Origin: Camelus dromedarius
Lineage: Eukaryota
NCBI RefSeq assembly: GCF_036321535.1
Contig: NC_087447.1
Span: 48,796,001-48,860,000 of the forward strand
Direction of reading: 5' to 3'
Length of the DNA stretch: 64,000 nucleotides
Shown: in pieces, positions 12,131-27,100 of the stretch
How the letters are laid out: the number at the start of each line of letters is the position of its first letter
How positions within the stretch are numbered: the stretch's first letter is position 1
The notes under the pieces: generated by a model
Told to the model about the DNA's origin: nothing
Databases searched by the model: none
The model's input: the letters and a program-made list of their open reading frames with translations, nothing else
Position numbers and translations under genes: made by a program

Positions 12131-15100
12131 GTGAGGAACTAGAACCGGGGAATATGGGCGGGCGACTAGGGTCCTGGCCGGGTGAGGGTGGCGGGGGCCG
12201 TGACCCCTCTGCCGCGTGGGGACTGGCCGAGGGGAGACAGGTACCCCAGGGCGAGCGAGGACCTGTGGGACGCCCGCAAATCCTTGTTCCTGGGTGGGCG
12301 TGCTGGGCTCTGTGCTCTGTGGAGGGACCGCAGGCCACGGAAGTCAGGCGGGGAGGGAGGAGCGTTGGTTAATAATGTTTCTAAGGCGTTTGAGGTCCCA
12401 AGTTTACAGCTGAGGAAATTGTCCTAACCGGGTTAAGTGACAAATTGTTTATCCTTCCGACACTCGGTTTCTTCTGGAACTTTGGTATTGATACAGGCTT
12501 GACCTGCCCCACAGGGTTGGAATAAATATCAAGTGAGATGATGGATCTTAATGCGCTTTGCCAATCGTGATGAATGAGTGCTTACTATAAGCTTTGGATA
12601 CACGTTCTTAAATTTAATCTTTACAGTGACCCACGTAGAGGTCGGTGAAAGTATCCCTAGAAAAGGGAGTTGAAGCAGAGGGACCATTTATTTGTGGTTA
12701 GTAAGGGATAATCAGTTTTCCAGCCTAGATCTGTCTTTTGCTAGTACTTTCCTCTGCATCACACTGCCTTTGCCTAACTTATGTAAGTCTTGTCATTATT
12801 GGAAACTCAGCATTTAGAATTGGAAGACTTTGAGAGGAGGGTGACAGATTACAAGAAGTGGCAAGTGATCAAGGAAGGATGGAAGATTACGCTTTAGGCC
12901 GGTAGTCCCCAATCCAACCTCTTATACAGTATTCATCCACTTCACTTGTTCCCTGGCTCCTGCACCACCTGTGCCCTTTAATGTTTGTATGGCTGCAACT
13001 TTCCTTAGAAGTTTGAATCATGCCCTCCTACATAACCTAGCTTCTGGTGAGTTTGAGGATAGTGTTTGGCGGTGGCCCCCCAAAAGGACAGAATGTGAAA
13101 AAAGGGACTTTAGTAAAACAAGAAGTGCAAGGAAAATGAGAGCTTTTTCTATTTATATTCATCCTTTCTTTTTAGAATCTGTTGCCTTAATTGATCTGTG
13201 AAACAAACTTCTTAATATTTGTAAGATAAATATCTCAGTCCTACCTGCCCAGATGGATAGTTCTTGGCAAAATTGGGGTGGCATTTATTGTAATTTACCA
13301 GGAGTAATCGTCTAAGAGTGAGACTCTTTAGGAGCCCTTGGGACTGATCTGCACTCTGGAGTCATCTAGTAAAATATTAAAAATTTTTTTTCTTCTTGCA
13401 GGTGACATACAAATGGCTGAGCTATACATTAGGAGTTCACGTTAATCAGGCCAAACAGTAAGTATTGTTTATTGCTAATTTTAATCACATTGAAATTTTT
13501 TGTTTTGTCTTGTTTTCTTTTGCTTTGTTATTAGCTTTACAGATAGTCTCTAGGTAAGAACTTTTTTTCCCCTCTGGGGAAATGGGAAAGAATACTATTT
13601 TTACTACCTTTTACTGCTTTTGTCTATTATTTAGGAGATAGGTGTACTCATATACAAATGTGTGGTGATATGTTTACTGGATTTACTTGTAGCCTTGCCC
13701 TCTGGTTAACATCATTTTGTTACTTCAAATTTATTAAATGGGGTAGCCAGTTCAGTTTGCACCTCAGATTTATACGTGTGTTATCTTACATCTGCATTGC
13801 GTTTTTGCTTGTGCTCCTTAGGCCTATCTCTGGGTGGTGTTTATTGAAGTACGTACATAAAGAGGTCAACAGGTGTTTGACACAGGCTGTATAAGACAGG
13901 AGAGAGCTATCTAAGTGAAACTAAAAAGGGAGTGTTTAGGATGGCACAGAGTATTGCCCTTCTTGAATTTTGTCATATCACCTTTCCTTGCTGAAACTTG
14001 TAGTCCAACTTGAGGCCAAAATGGAAAAGGCAAGTTAAAAACAATTTAAAAATTTTTTTTACTTATTTTTATCTTTAAAAAAATTTTTATTGAAGTATAG
14101 TTGATTTACAATGTTGTGTTAGTTTCTGGTGTACAGCATGTGATTCATTTATACATATGTATGTTTTCTTTTTCATATTCTTTTCCATTATTTCTTATAA
14201 AGACATTGAATATAGTTCCCTGTGCTGTACATATACAGTAGGACATTGTTGTTTACCTATTTTATATATAGCAGTTTATACCTGCAAATGCCAAACTCCT
14301 AATTTATCCCTCTTCCACTCCTTTTCTATTTGTTAACCGTAAGTTTGCTTTCTCCGTCTGTGAGTCTGTTTCTGTTTTGTAAATAAGTTCATTTGTGTCA
14401 TTTTTTAAGATTCCACTTATAAGTGACATCATATAGTATTTATCTTTCTCTTTCTGACTTACTTCACTTAGTATGATAATCTGTAGGCCCATCCGTGTTG
14501 CTGCAAATGGCATTATTTCATTCTTTTTTAAGGCTGAGTAGTGTTCCATTGTGTATATATATACCACATTGTCTTTATCCATTCATCTGTCAGTGGACAT
14601 TTAAGTTGCTTCTACATCTTGGCTACTGTAAATAGTGCTGCATGCATTAAGGTGCATGTATCTTTTTGAATTAGAGTTTTCTCCAGATATATGTCCAAAA
14701 GTGGGATTGCTGGGTAATATGGCAACTCTAATTTCATTTTTTAAGGAATGTCTATGCTGTTTTCCATAATGGCTGCACCAATTTACATTCTCACCAACAG
14801 TGTAGGAGGATTCCCTTTTCTCTATACCCTTTCCAGCATTTGTTATTTGAGAACTTTTTAATGGATGGCCGCTCTGACCAGTGTGAGGTGATACCTCATT
14901 GTAGTTTTGATTTGCATTTCTCTAATAATTAAAGATTAACATCTTTTCATGTGCCTTTTTGCCTTCTGTATGTCTTCATTGGAGAAATGTCTGTTTAGGT
15001 CTTCTGCCCATTTTTTTTTTAAATTGTATTGTTTGGTTTTTTGTTATTAAGCTGTATGAGCTATTTGTATGTGTTGAAGGTTAATCCCCTTGTTGGTTAC

Positions 15101-18100
15101 AACATTTGCAAATATTTTCTACCAGTCCGTAGGTTGTCTTTTCATTTTGTTTATGGTTTCCTTTGCTGTGCAAAAGCTTGTAAGTTTGATGAGATCCCAT
15201 TTGTTTAATTTTGCTTTTGTTTCTATTGCCTTGGGAGACTGACCTGAGAAAACATTGCTACAACTTATGTCAGAATGTTTTACCTGTGTTCTCTTACAGG
15301 AATTTTATGGTGTCATGTCTTACATTTAATTCTTTGATCCATTTTGAGTTTATTTTTGTGTATGGTGTGAGGGAGTGTTCTAACTTCATTGATTATGTAC
15401 AATTGTCCAGCTTTCCCAACACCACTTGCCAAAGAGACTGTTTTTTCTCCATTGTACATTCTTGTCTCCTTTGTCAAAGATTAATTGACCGTAGGTGTGT
15501 GGGTTTATTTCTGGGCTCTCTATTCTGTTCCATTGATCCCTATGTCTGTTTTGGTGCCAATACCATGCTATTTTGATTACTGAGCTTTGTAGTATTGTCT
15601 GAAGTCTGGGAGGGTTTATGCCTCCAGCTTTGTTCATTTTCCTCAGGATTGCTTTGGCAATTCTAGGTCTTTTTTGGTTCCGTATAAATTTTAGGATTAT
15701 TCTAGTTCTGTGAAAAATGTCATGGGTAGTTTGACAGGGATTGCATTACATCTGTAGATTGCTTTGAGTAGTATGGCCATTTTAAGAATATTAATTCTTC
15801 TAATCCAAGAGCATGGGATATTTTTCCATTTATTTAAGTGATCTTCAGTTTACTTTATCAATGTGTTATAGTTCTCAGCGTGTAAGTCTTTCATCTCCTT
15901 GGTCAGGCTTATTCCTAAGTTTTTTTTTTTTTCCTTTTTGTTGTGATTTTAAAGGGGTTGTTTCTTTACTTTCCTTTTCTGATATTTCATTGTTAGTGCA
16001 AAGAAATGCAACAGATTTCTGTATGTTAATCTTGTATGCTGGTACCTTGATGAATTCATTTATCAGTACTAGTAGTTTTTGTGTGGGGTCTTCAGGACTT
16101 TATATATATAGTATCATGTCATCTGCATATAATGACAAGTTTACCTTTTCCCTTCCAATTTGGATACCTTTTATTTCTTTTTCTTGTCTGACTGCTGTGG
16201 CTAGGACTTCCAATACTGTGTTTAATAGAAGTAGTGAGAGTGGGCATCCTTTTCTTGTTCCAGATTTTAGTGGGAAGGCTTTTAGCTTTTCACCATTGAG
16301 TATTATGTTGGCTGTGGGTTTATCATAAATAGCGTTTATTATGTTGAGATATATTCCCTCTATACCTACTTTGGTAAGAGTTTTTATTATGAATGGGTAC
16401 TGAATTTTATCAGATGCTTTTTCTGCATCTATTGAGATGATCATATGATTTTTGTGTTTTTGTTGATGTGGTATATCACATTGATTGATTTGTGTATGTT
16501 GAACCATTGTTGTGCCCCTGGGATGAATCCAACTTGATCGTGGTGTATGATCTTTTTTATGTGTTGTTAGATTCAGTTTGCTAATAGTTTGTTGAGAATT
16601 TTTGCATAGTCATCAGAGATACTTGCCAGTAATTTTCTTTTTTGGTAGTGTGTTTGTCTGGCTTTAGTATCATACCGATGGTGGCTTCATAGAATGACTT
16701 TGGGAATGTTCCCTCCTCTTCAACGTTTTGGAAGAGTTTGAAGGCTCTGTATAAGTTCTTTGTATGTTTGGTAGAATTCCCTAGTGAAGCCATCTGGTAG
16801 GGAGTTTTATTTGTTTGTTTGTTTGTTTGTTTGTTTTTAACAGATTCTTTTTGACTTCTAGTGAACAGTCTATTCAAATTATCTATTTCTTTTTGATTGA
16901 GTTTTGATGGCCTGTATGTTTCTAGGAACTTGTCCATTTCTTATAGGTTGTCCAATTTGTTGGCATATAATTGTTCATAGTATTCTTACGATTTTTTTGT
17001 ATTTCTGTGGTATTGATTTTTTGGGGGGTGGGAGGGAATTAAGTTTATTTATTTTTATTTTTATTTTTAAACAGAAGTATGGGGATTGAACCCAGGACCT
17101 TGTGCATGCTAAGCTTTCGCTCTACCACTGAACTATACCTTCCCCCTTGATTGTTATTTCTCCTCTTTCATTCCTTATTTTGGATTTTTGGGGTCCTCTC
17201 TGTTTTCTTCTTGGTGAGCCTGGCCAGAGGTTTGTCAGTTTTGTTTACCGTTTCAAAGAACCAGCTCTTGGTTTTATTGATTTTTTTCCATTTTTTAAAA
17301 ATCTCTGTTTTATTTAGGAAAAGGCAAGCTTTTGAATTAACTTCAAAATTTCTTCACCTGCAAATGTGCAGATGTTGTCTATGTCCCATGAGGAGGAATT
17401 GGTGAACAGGCTGAGAGCACATATATTGAGTTAAATATTCCTTTTGTTTGCTTTATTCCTAAGAGGGGGTCTATTTTTCCCTATTTCTTGAGTTATAGGA
17501 CATTCATTAGTGTTAGAAAATCACTGATCTCTAGAATGGGTTGATTTGGCTTAATTTGGATTACTGTTTGACAGATTTAGAAACCTGGTTTTGAGTGTGA
17601 TGTTTATGCCTCCAAGACCTGAAACTCTTGACCCAGGGATGGGTTTGGAGTCATTTTGACTATTTGAGATTGCTGTTGCTAAGACCAGACCTGGCCCAAA
17701 CCTAAGAGGTTCAGGTAACTTTGGGAATGGATACCCATAAGAGTAATTATTTATTGTAGTTATGGATGCTTAAATATGAAATGAGGTAAGTATTACTATA
17801 TAAGCCTATTGAGGTTTAAAGGTGCATATTGAGGCCTGAAGATGAAATAAAGTTGACTGCAATTTTACTGTAGCGACCCTTATTTCCTGTAATTTTTATA
17901 GACTTAATATGCTATCTAGCCCTTGCCTGTCTCCCAACTTCATCCCATACTGACTGACATACCATACATACTTTACCTGGCTTATACTCTAGCCACATTT
18001 GCTTTTCTGTTCCTCAGATATGCCAAGTCCATTTTCACCCAAGGAAGTTTGTACCGTTCGTTCCCTCTGCCTGGACTGCTCTTCTCCTAGCTGTCCTCAT

Positions 18101-21100
18101 CCTTCAGGTTTCAGCTTAAATTTGACACATTACTTCTTGTAACAGCCCTTACCTAATGCTCACTTTCAGGTATCCCTGCTCCTCCCTAACTCTCTGTTAT
18201 GTCACCCTGTTAATTCCTTTCATAATTCTTTTTTTAAGAACAGCTGTATTGAGATCTAATTCACATACCATATGATTCACTCATTTAAAATGTACAGTTC
18301 AGTGATTTTTAGTATATTCACAGAGTTGTGCAGCCATCACTACAGTTAATTTCAAAATATTTTCATCATCCCCAAAAGAAACCTTGTATCCGTTAGCAGT
18401 CCCTCACCATTCTTGTCCCCCCAGCATTAATGCAACCAACTAATACTCTGTCTAAAGATAGATCTGTCCATATAAATGGAACCTTATAATATGTAATCTT
18501 GTGTATCTAGTTTCTTTCACTTGGCATAATATTTTAGAAGTTTGTCCATGTTGTAGCATGTATCAGTACTTTATTCCTTTTTATGTTTGATTAATATGCT
18601 ATCATGCAGGATGTTATTTTCTTAGGGCTGCCGTAACAGAATAAATACTACAAACTGGATGGTTTAAAACAACAGAAATTTATTGTCTTAGTTCTAGAGG
18701 CTGGAAGTCTGAAATTAATGTGTTGGTAGGGTCATGCTCCCTCTGAAACATATAGAGAAAAATCCTTCCTTGCTTCTTCCTAACTTCTGGTGGTTTGCTG
18801 GCAGTCTTTGGCATTCCTTGACTTGTAGCTGTATAACCCCAGTATCTGCCTTCATAGTCCCATGGCATCCTCCCTGGGTGTCTGTATCTTCACATGGTCA
18901 TCTTACAAGGATTCCAGTCATAGTAGATTAAGGAGCCCACTCTATTCCAGTACGACCTCATCTTAACTGGTTACATCTACAAAGACCCTGTTTCCAAATA
19001 AGGTCACTGTGAGGTATTGGTGGTTAAGACTTCAGTATATCTTTTTTGGGGGAACACAGTTCAACCCATAACATGGGTATACCATATTTCATTTATTCAT
19101 CAACTGATGGACATTTGAGTTGTTTCCACATTTAGAGGGTATGATGAATAATGCTACTATGAACATTTGTGTACATGTTTTTGTATGGACATATATTGTC
19201 CATTCTCTTGATTATACACCTAAGATTGGAATTTCTGGGTCATATGTAACATTTTGAGGAACTGATGAACTGTTTCTCAAAGGGGCTACACTATTTTACA
19301 ATTCCATTGGCAAAGTATCAGGGTTCCAATATCTCTACATTCTTGTCAACTCTTTTTATTATATGTCTTTTGCCATCCTAGTGGGTGTAAATTGATTATC
19401 ATTATGGTTTTGATTTGCATTTCTGTAGTGACTAATGAGTTTGATCTTTTCACATGCTTATTAGCCATTTGTATATCTTCTTTGGAGAAATACCTATTCA
19501 GACCCTTTGCCCATTTTTTTCATTGGGTTTTTTATCTTTTTATTACTGAGTTCTAAGAGTTCTTTTTACATTCTAAATACAAAACCCGATCAGATAATGA
19601 TTTGCAAAATTTTTCTCCCATTCTGTGGGTTGTCTTTGCACTTTCTTGATGGTACCCCTTGAAGCACAAAGTTCTTACTATTGATGGAGTCCAGTTTTTT
19701 TTTTCTTTTGTTGCTTGTACTTTTTATACCATATCTAAGAAGGCTTTACCTAGCCCAAGTAAGTCATGAAGATTTACTTTTGTGTTTTCTTCTGAGAGTT
19801 TTGTAGTTAGCTTTTACATCAATAATTATTATTATATTTAAAGTTTCTACATAATCTTGTGCTCAATATACTAAAAATGCTCATAATAGGAATACGCTGT
19901 AGTTTTCAAATTAGGTGTTGGCTCAAGCTAATTTTTAAATGAAGGCCTAAAATGTGTATAGGCATATCTTGTTTTGTGTGCTTCACTTTATTGCACCTTG
20001 CAGATATTGCACTTTTTACAAATTGAAGGTTTGTGGCAACTCTGCATTGAACAAGTATCTTGGTGCCATTTTTCCAATAGCATTTGAATATTTCTTGTCT
20101 CTGTCACATTTTGGTAATTCTCACTGTGTTTCAAACCCTCTGCTAGCAAAAAGATTATGACTTGATAAAGGCTCAGATGATGGTTAGCATTTTTTAGCAG
20201 TAAAGTATTTTTTAATTAAGTTATATGCATTGTTCATTTAGACATGATGCTATTGCACACTTAATAGACTACAGTATAGTGTAAACATAACTTTTATATG
20301 CACTGGGAAACCAGAAAATTCATGTGACTCGCTTTATTTTAATACTCACTTTTTTGCAGCGGTGTGGAATTGAACCTGCAGTATCTCCGAGGTATACCTA
20401 TAAACAGTCACTATTTCTCCCAAGAATCATTCTCTATAAGATGTAAGGAAAGGGCCCAACTTCATTCTTTTGCATGTGGTTATCCAGTTGTTCCAACATT
20501 TCATATTTCTTAATACTAGCTAACATTTTCTTGCTTATTGTATGCCTCCCTCCCACGAGAATGTAAGCTGCATGAAGGCAGGGAACACATTTATCAGGTT
20601 CATCTCTTTTCCACTTACTATTGCTATGTAACATGTTGCCCCCAAATTTAATCGCTTGAAACAACCATTTTATTATGTTTATAGATTCTTTTCGCTTGGG
20701 ATTTGGGCGAGGCACAGTGAGAATGGTTTATCTCTGTTCCATGTTGTCTGGTGCCTCAGCTGGAAGCTTCAACAGCTGGAGCCCAATCATCTGTAGGCAT
20801 CTTTACCCATGAGTCTGGCAGCTGATGCTGGCCATCAGCTGGGTCTTCAGCAGGGGCTATTGACCAGTCATTGCGTGTGGTCTGTTTATATGGCCTGGTG
20901 TTTCCTAAGAGAATGGTATCTTCAGGTAGTCAGACTTCTTACACAGCCGTTCAGGACCCCAAAAGCTAGTGCTCCAGTGCAAGGCAGAAGCTTATTGCCT
21001 TTTCTGACTTGCATCGGAAGTCAAGCAGTGTCAGGTCTGCTTCATTTCTTTTGGTTAAAATGACTCACTAGCTTTCCCACATTCAAGGGGAGGGGATGGA

Positions 21101-24100
21101 CTCCACCCTATGGGAGATGTTGCAGCCTTCTTTGGAAAATACGGTATGCCACAATCACTGCATCTTCATGCCTGTAAATATTTATTGAGTGAGTACTGAG
21201 CACTATGGTACTATTTTCACAGACGTTTATCTTACATAATCTTTATAACAGTCCAATGTGATGGGTGCTGTCAGCCTCTTTAACAGATGAGAAAACTGAT
21301 ACTTAAAAGTGTCCTGTCACCTTTTTTTTTCCTTTTACCTATAATGGGATCATTTAAAGTATCATTGTTGGCACTGAAGGCAGTGACTGGACATGGTTGT
21401 TATTGTTTGCTTGGATTCATTAAAGAGGTATTTTTTCAGTTTTTACTATATTTTTAATATTATTTAGGCTCTGTCATAAAACAGCAAACCTGACAGATAA
21501 GGTCCCTCCCATCATTAACTTAAACAAGGTAATTTTAGGTTATAAAAATGCTGTGAAGGAATTAAAATAGATTAGCGAAGGCAATATAGACTATACACTG
21601 TATTCATCCAAGGGAAAATTATGAGTGAACTGATCAGGAGGGAAAATAAATGAATTAAAATAAGAAGATGAGAAGGTATAGTTAATTATGTGTGTAGGAA
21701 GTGCATCTTGTAAGAAGTCATACATATTGTCATTCATATTTAAGAGTAATTTGCGTGTTTTGTTGGTAAGATGTTTGGCATAATAAAATTAGATGAACCT
21801 GCTCTGGAGATTCAGAAATTATGCAGAAATTTTTTTTTTAAAGGGTTTGTGCAGTTTTGACCTTCTTGTTAATATAAGAGAACTGGGTTGATATGGGGTG
21901 CACAGAGGACAATGACTGATGATATAGGCAAGAATGTGAGTTATTGATAAAAGATAAAGCATTTAGCCAGCAAGCTTGAAAGCATCTTGGGCGGGGTCCC
22001 TGCTGTTCATTTCTACTGGCATGTCCTAACTAGCATAAATAAACCAAAATGTTTGTAAATCTGTGTGCCTCATCTTTCCTAACATAATTGCTGCGTGGAC
22101 AGAAACACTAAAGAGAACAAGATAGAGGAATCAACAGAAATGCTGAATAGGGCATATTTTTTCCTCAGGATGCTTATAGTCTAGTGGGAATGGTAGAAAT
22201 TTAAACTAAATAGTTAGAATATAGTGTGGTGAGTGCTATAATAACAGATACGGAATAGGTTCTGTTAGAACTTAAGAGGGGAGGGGTGCCCTGCTGGCCT
22301 GGTGGTGGTAGGGGAGGATTCACATAGGTGATAACTGAGCTGCTGTTGTGATGAGAAATTAGGTGGCTGAGGTCTGAGAAGAGCATTCTAGGCAGAAGGA
22401 GGGGCTTACAAAGGAGCCAGGGGAACTGCAGAGTGTTTCTTGCATTGAAAGTAGTATGAGTTTGGGAGAATGGTGAGAGATACAGGGGCCAGAGCAAGAA
22501 AGGTCTTACATGTCGCTGCTAGGGAGTTGGAGTTGCTCCTTAGAAGATGGAGCACTACTGTAAACTTTCAAACAAGGAATAATACTTCAGATGAGAATAG
22601 TCAACTACCTTTTTAACAACACTTGATCACTAGTAGACACCTCAGGTTTAACATGCCTTCAAACTTAATTCCTCATTTCTCCCCCATGTCTCCTGCTTTT
22701 CTCCATCTCAGTGAGTAACAGCCTTTTTTTTTTTTTTTTTTTTGAGTTGATTAATATAATCATCCTTGACTTCTCTTTCTCTCATACCCTTCGGTCAATC
22801 CATCAGCAAATCCTGTTGTTTCTCCCTTTAAGATATACCCATAATTCATCCACTAATTACTACCTTCATTGCTGCCACCCCTAGTCTGAGCCACCAGCAT
22901 CTCTGGCCTGGATTACTGCAGTAGCCTCCTAACTGGTCTCCCTGCTTCCTTCCTTGCCCCTCGACAGTATATTCACACGGGAATCAGGAGTCCCCTGTAA
23001 GGTGAGATCATCTTATTTCTGCTCTAAACCTTCTAGTGGCTTCCTTGCTTAAAGTCCTGCTTAGGGCCATGGAGCCCTGCATGTCTGGCACTTGGCTCTC
23101 TTCTCCCCTGCTTCCTTATTCAGCACACACACCCATTTCTGTTCCTTGGACATTGCTTATGTTCTTGCCTCAGAACCTTTGCATTTGCTGTTCTTTCTAC
23201 CTGGAACCTTCTTTCCTGAGATATCTGCATTGGTGGCTCTGTTACTTCCTGCAGGGCTCTGCTCATGATGCCTTCCCTAATCATGTAATAGCAAAACTTC
23301 TTCAGGCAGTTCTCCTAATTCTCCTAATCTTTTTTTTTTCTCCTATAGAGTCTGACATATTTTGTTTGTTTATTCTTTGTCTCTCTTTTCTACAGTGCAA
23401 ACTCTGAATGGGTAGGAACTGTGGTTTTGTTCACTGCCCTATCCTCAAGGCATAAAACCTGAAGTAGCCACTCAGTAAAGTTTTGTTGACAGAATGACTT
23501 CATTTGCATTTTTAAAATTTCACCTTGGCAGCCTTGTGGATAATGAATGGGAAGGGGGTAGGAAGAGGAAATTAACACTTGGAATTGAAATGGTCCAGTC
23601 AAGAGATTTGGAGGGCATGGAGTCAAGAATTACTTGGGAGGGAGAACTGACAAGATCTGGCAAATCACTGGACAGGGAGAAGTGAAGGATAATGACTCCC
23701 AGATTTCTGGCTTGGGTAGTTTGAGCAGATGATGTTGTTGTTGGGAATAAATGAAGCCATAAGGATGAATGAAATGGATCAAGGAGAATATGCAGTAAGG
23801 TGACCAATCATCCTGGTGTGCCCAGGACTGCCGGTTTTAGCACTGCAAGTCCATGTCTCAGGAAACCCTTCAGATCCAGGCAAACCCAGATCGTTGATCA
23901 TTCTAATATAGAGTGTGAGAAGGTAGCTGAAGACACAACCCCAACAGTTTAGGAAGGAGGAGGTAGTCAAGTCTGTGCCGGAAATGGAGCAGAGGCAGTT
24001 AGAGGGGTGGCAGGACACTCAGTGAGGCATTGGATCAAGGAAGTCAAAAGAGTAGCCAACAGTGTAGGTTGAATTTCCCTTGGAATTTTTGTTTCCAGCC

Positions 24101-27100
24101 ATCTTGGCAGAAGTATGACATGTCATAGAGGCTCAGTGTTTCTTGAAATAAAAGATACAAATGATGTGTCAATTTGGTTGATGTTTCTATTAAATTTTTA
24201 AGTTATTGAGGGGAGTCAGCTTCTGATACTAGCTGGATTGTAAGGATAAAAATGAACTTAGAGATGATACTAAAAGCAGCATTATTACTACATTGAATGT
24301 TTTGTAATCTCAGGTTAATGAATACTAAGCAGTGTGAGTAAGCTCTTACATTCTGCAGTTCTGGAACAGCACTGGATATGAATGATCATAAAGTTGGAAT
24401 TTCAGAGCTGGACACTTGTGATCATCTCCATAGTGGTTCTTAATGTTTTGGAGTAATCTTTTTGTGAATCTTTGGAAAACCCTGAACTATTTCCACCTTC
24501 CCCTCAAGAAATACATTTTGCTTACAGTTTTGGGCAGTGGAAGGTTATGGATGGCCACAGGAATCCCAGGTTAAAAAAATTGCCCATCTAGTGGATCCCT
24601 CCCAAATAATACCTCAGGATATGGAGGCCTGGAAAAACGAAGTAATTTATCCAGGATCACATAGCTAGATAGTGACTGAACTTTTTCTTGATTCATTATT
24701 CTATCCATTGTGTGGCTTTGCCTCTGTTTTAATGTAGGCTCAGTCCCTCTTGACCTATTATTATATTTCTTTTATTTCAGTTGCTTGGTCACTGTGCCAG
24801 CTCAATATAAGTTGACCACAACCCCTATGTTCCATCCATCTTTTTTTAACTCTCTGTCCATGGACAGAGCAAAATTACTCTGTAGAATATTTGATGGACT
24901 GTCAGATTTAATATATCTAACTTTTAAGTCATGAATTAAGAGTTGATGAGGTAAACTTTTCCTAATGACTTACTTGTGCCTTTTGTTTGGAACAGGATGC
25001 TGTATGATTATGTTGAAAGGAAGCGAAAGGAAAATTCAGGAGCCCAACTGCATGTCACCTATTTAGTGTCTGGCAGTCTCATTCAGAATGGACATTCCGT
25101 AAGTTCTCAGAATCTTATAATGAGTTTAAAAGTGTTTGAGCCATCAAGTGTTACATAACACAGGGCAAAAAATAACAACAAGATTCGGTATTATGGAAGT
25201 TTTACAAAGCTGCTTGAAGATGATGATTATTTTGGATTTTTAGTCTAAACCTAAAACTTTGAGAAGTTTGGGTAATATCTTGGCTATGATGCAGAGACTG
25301 TGTCATTATTGTACAATTTTCCTAGGCAAAAAGACATTAGGAAACTGCTTCTGTTATTCCTCTTTCTTACTTTTTGAAGGTATGTTGGGGACAAGTACAA
25401 ATTTTATATTTTATTAAGTGAACTTGATTTTAATTTGAGCTTTCACCCAGAAGCTCTGCTGAGATAACTCCATTCCTTCTCCTGCACCAGACTGATCCTT
25501 GGGAATTTTGATAATTCCTCGTCTCTTGCTTCCTTCCCAAACTGAGGTGCACCTCCTCTGTTCTCACTTCCCACACCTCTTACCTGAAGGTTCTTTACTC
25601 CCACACCACCACCACCTGCCCTACAGAATTTTGCTCAAGGATCTGAGTCCTTCTCAGAGATTCAATGATACATATTTTCCTACTCCTTTTTGACTTTCCC
25701 TAAGACTCATAAGTTCAGAAGCCAGATTTGTCAAAATACTGACTGGATTTGACTTGTATCAACAGTCTCACGCATGTGAGATTTAAAACTGGAATGGCAA
25801 TTTAGTAATTTACAAGGAGAAGCAAAACTTGCTAGGGGTATCAGATCCTTATATTCAATGACCAGCATATTCTGTCCTTGTTGGTAAGCTACTTGGTAAG
25901 CCTGATGAAAATCGGGATATTTGCAAGTGTAGATGGATTCAGATGTCATTATGTATCTGAAACAAGATTAGGTAGACCTGATTCATTTGCTCTCAGAAAT
26001 AAACCTAACCAGAATCCTCTCCCTGTATGGCTCTGGCGTAGTTCCCGCTGAAGTTTGCATCTGAATGTCTTCTTTCCTTTGTTTCCAGGGTTAAATAACC
26101 CCCTTCTATTTCAAGAATTTCTGGAATTTAGCCAAAGCCTTCCTTTTAGTCATATAGTCAGTTCTTTACCTGGGAATCATTGTGTACCTTTAAAACAGTG
26201 GGTATTACTCTTTTTTTGATCACTGATTCCTTGAGAAAGAATAATGTATATGTTCACACATTCATAAAACTTTTAGCGTTCACAGACCTTTGGAACAAAG
26301 GTCCAAGGTTAAGAATTTATGTTTTAAAATAGAGTTATAGAGTTTTAGTCTAACCCATATGACAGAGGTTCTTAATTTCCGATCCTTGGATGGTCTTCAG
26401 GGTTCAGGGGATTCTTAGATGAACCCCTGAAAGTACATTTGAATTGTATTCCTCAATGCATTTTTTGGAGACTGTTTTTCAAAATGATATGTAACACATA
26501 ATCAGTTAAAAACTTCTATGCTTTGGCTTGCTTATGTAAGGCCTTCTGTTTCTAAATTTAAAAGGGCATTTAAATTCTGCCTACCTTTTTTAAAGCAGCA
26601 GTATGCTTTATCAAATGAAGTTTTTTTTTCATTTATTTATTTTTTATTGAGGTATAGTTGATCTACAATGTTCTGTTCCTAGTGTACAGCATAGTGATTC
26701 AGTTACACACACATATATATATATTCTTTTTCATATTCTTATTTATTATAGGTTATTATAAGGTATTGAATATAGTTCCCTGTGCTACACAGTAGGACCT
26801 TGTTGTTTATTTATTTTATGTATAGTTTATATCTGCTAATTCCAAACTCCTTTCCCTCCCTATCCCTCTCCCCCTCTGGTAACCAAAAGTATCAAATGAA
26901 ATCTTAACTGGAATCCTAAAATATAAAATATATTAATAGTAGAGTTGCTGTGGTTGTTGGAATTTTGAAGCCCTGTCCTGGGGAACCCTGTAAAATTACT
27001 GACGAAGTGTGGATGCTTACCCATGCTTTTTTCCTTAAAGAGAGCCCACCTTAAAAAAAAAGCAGATTATTGAGCATAATGTCAGCTCTTCTAATGTCAG

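Larger units (their letters stand above)
11735..12370. promoter_or_regulatory. CpG island and promoter of POLD3
   Basis: Sharp local rise in GC and CpG density spanning exon 1, in otherwise CpG-depleted DNA. Confidence 0.9.
14035..17316 (-). mobile_element. 5'-truncated LINE-1 (~3.3 kb; ORF2 RT to C-terminus plus 3' UTR), antisense in intron 2
   Basis: Minus-strand ORFs give ORF2 peptides ([52 protein letters not shown]). 12-bp TSD GGAAAAGGCAAG at 14023..14034 and 17317..17328. Frameshifts present. Confidence 0.95.

Noticed and set aside
11735..12427. Overlapping 65-137 aa ORFs around exon 1
   Set aside because: Stop-poor GC-rich CpG-island sequence with Arg/Gly/Pro-biased products and no recognisable homology; the real frame is the 20-codon POLD3 exon.
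14304..17405. ORFs in intron 2 as an independent gene or active retrotransposon
   Set aside because: They are fragments of a 5'-truncated, frameshifted L1 ORF2 and its antisense shadows.
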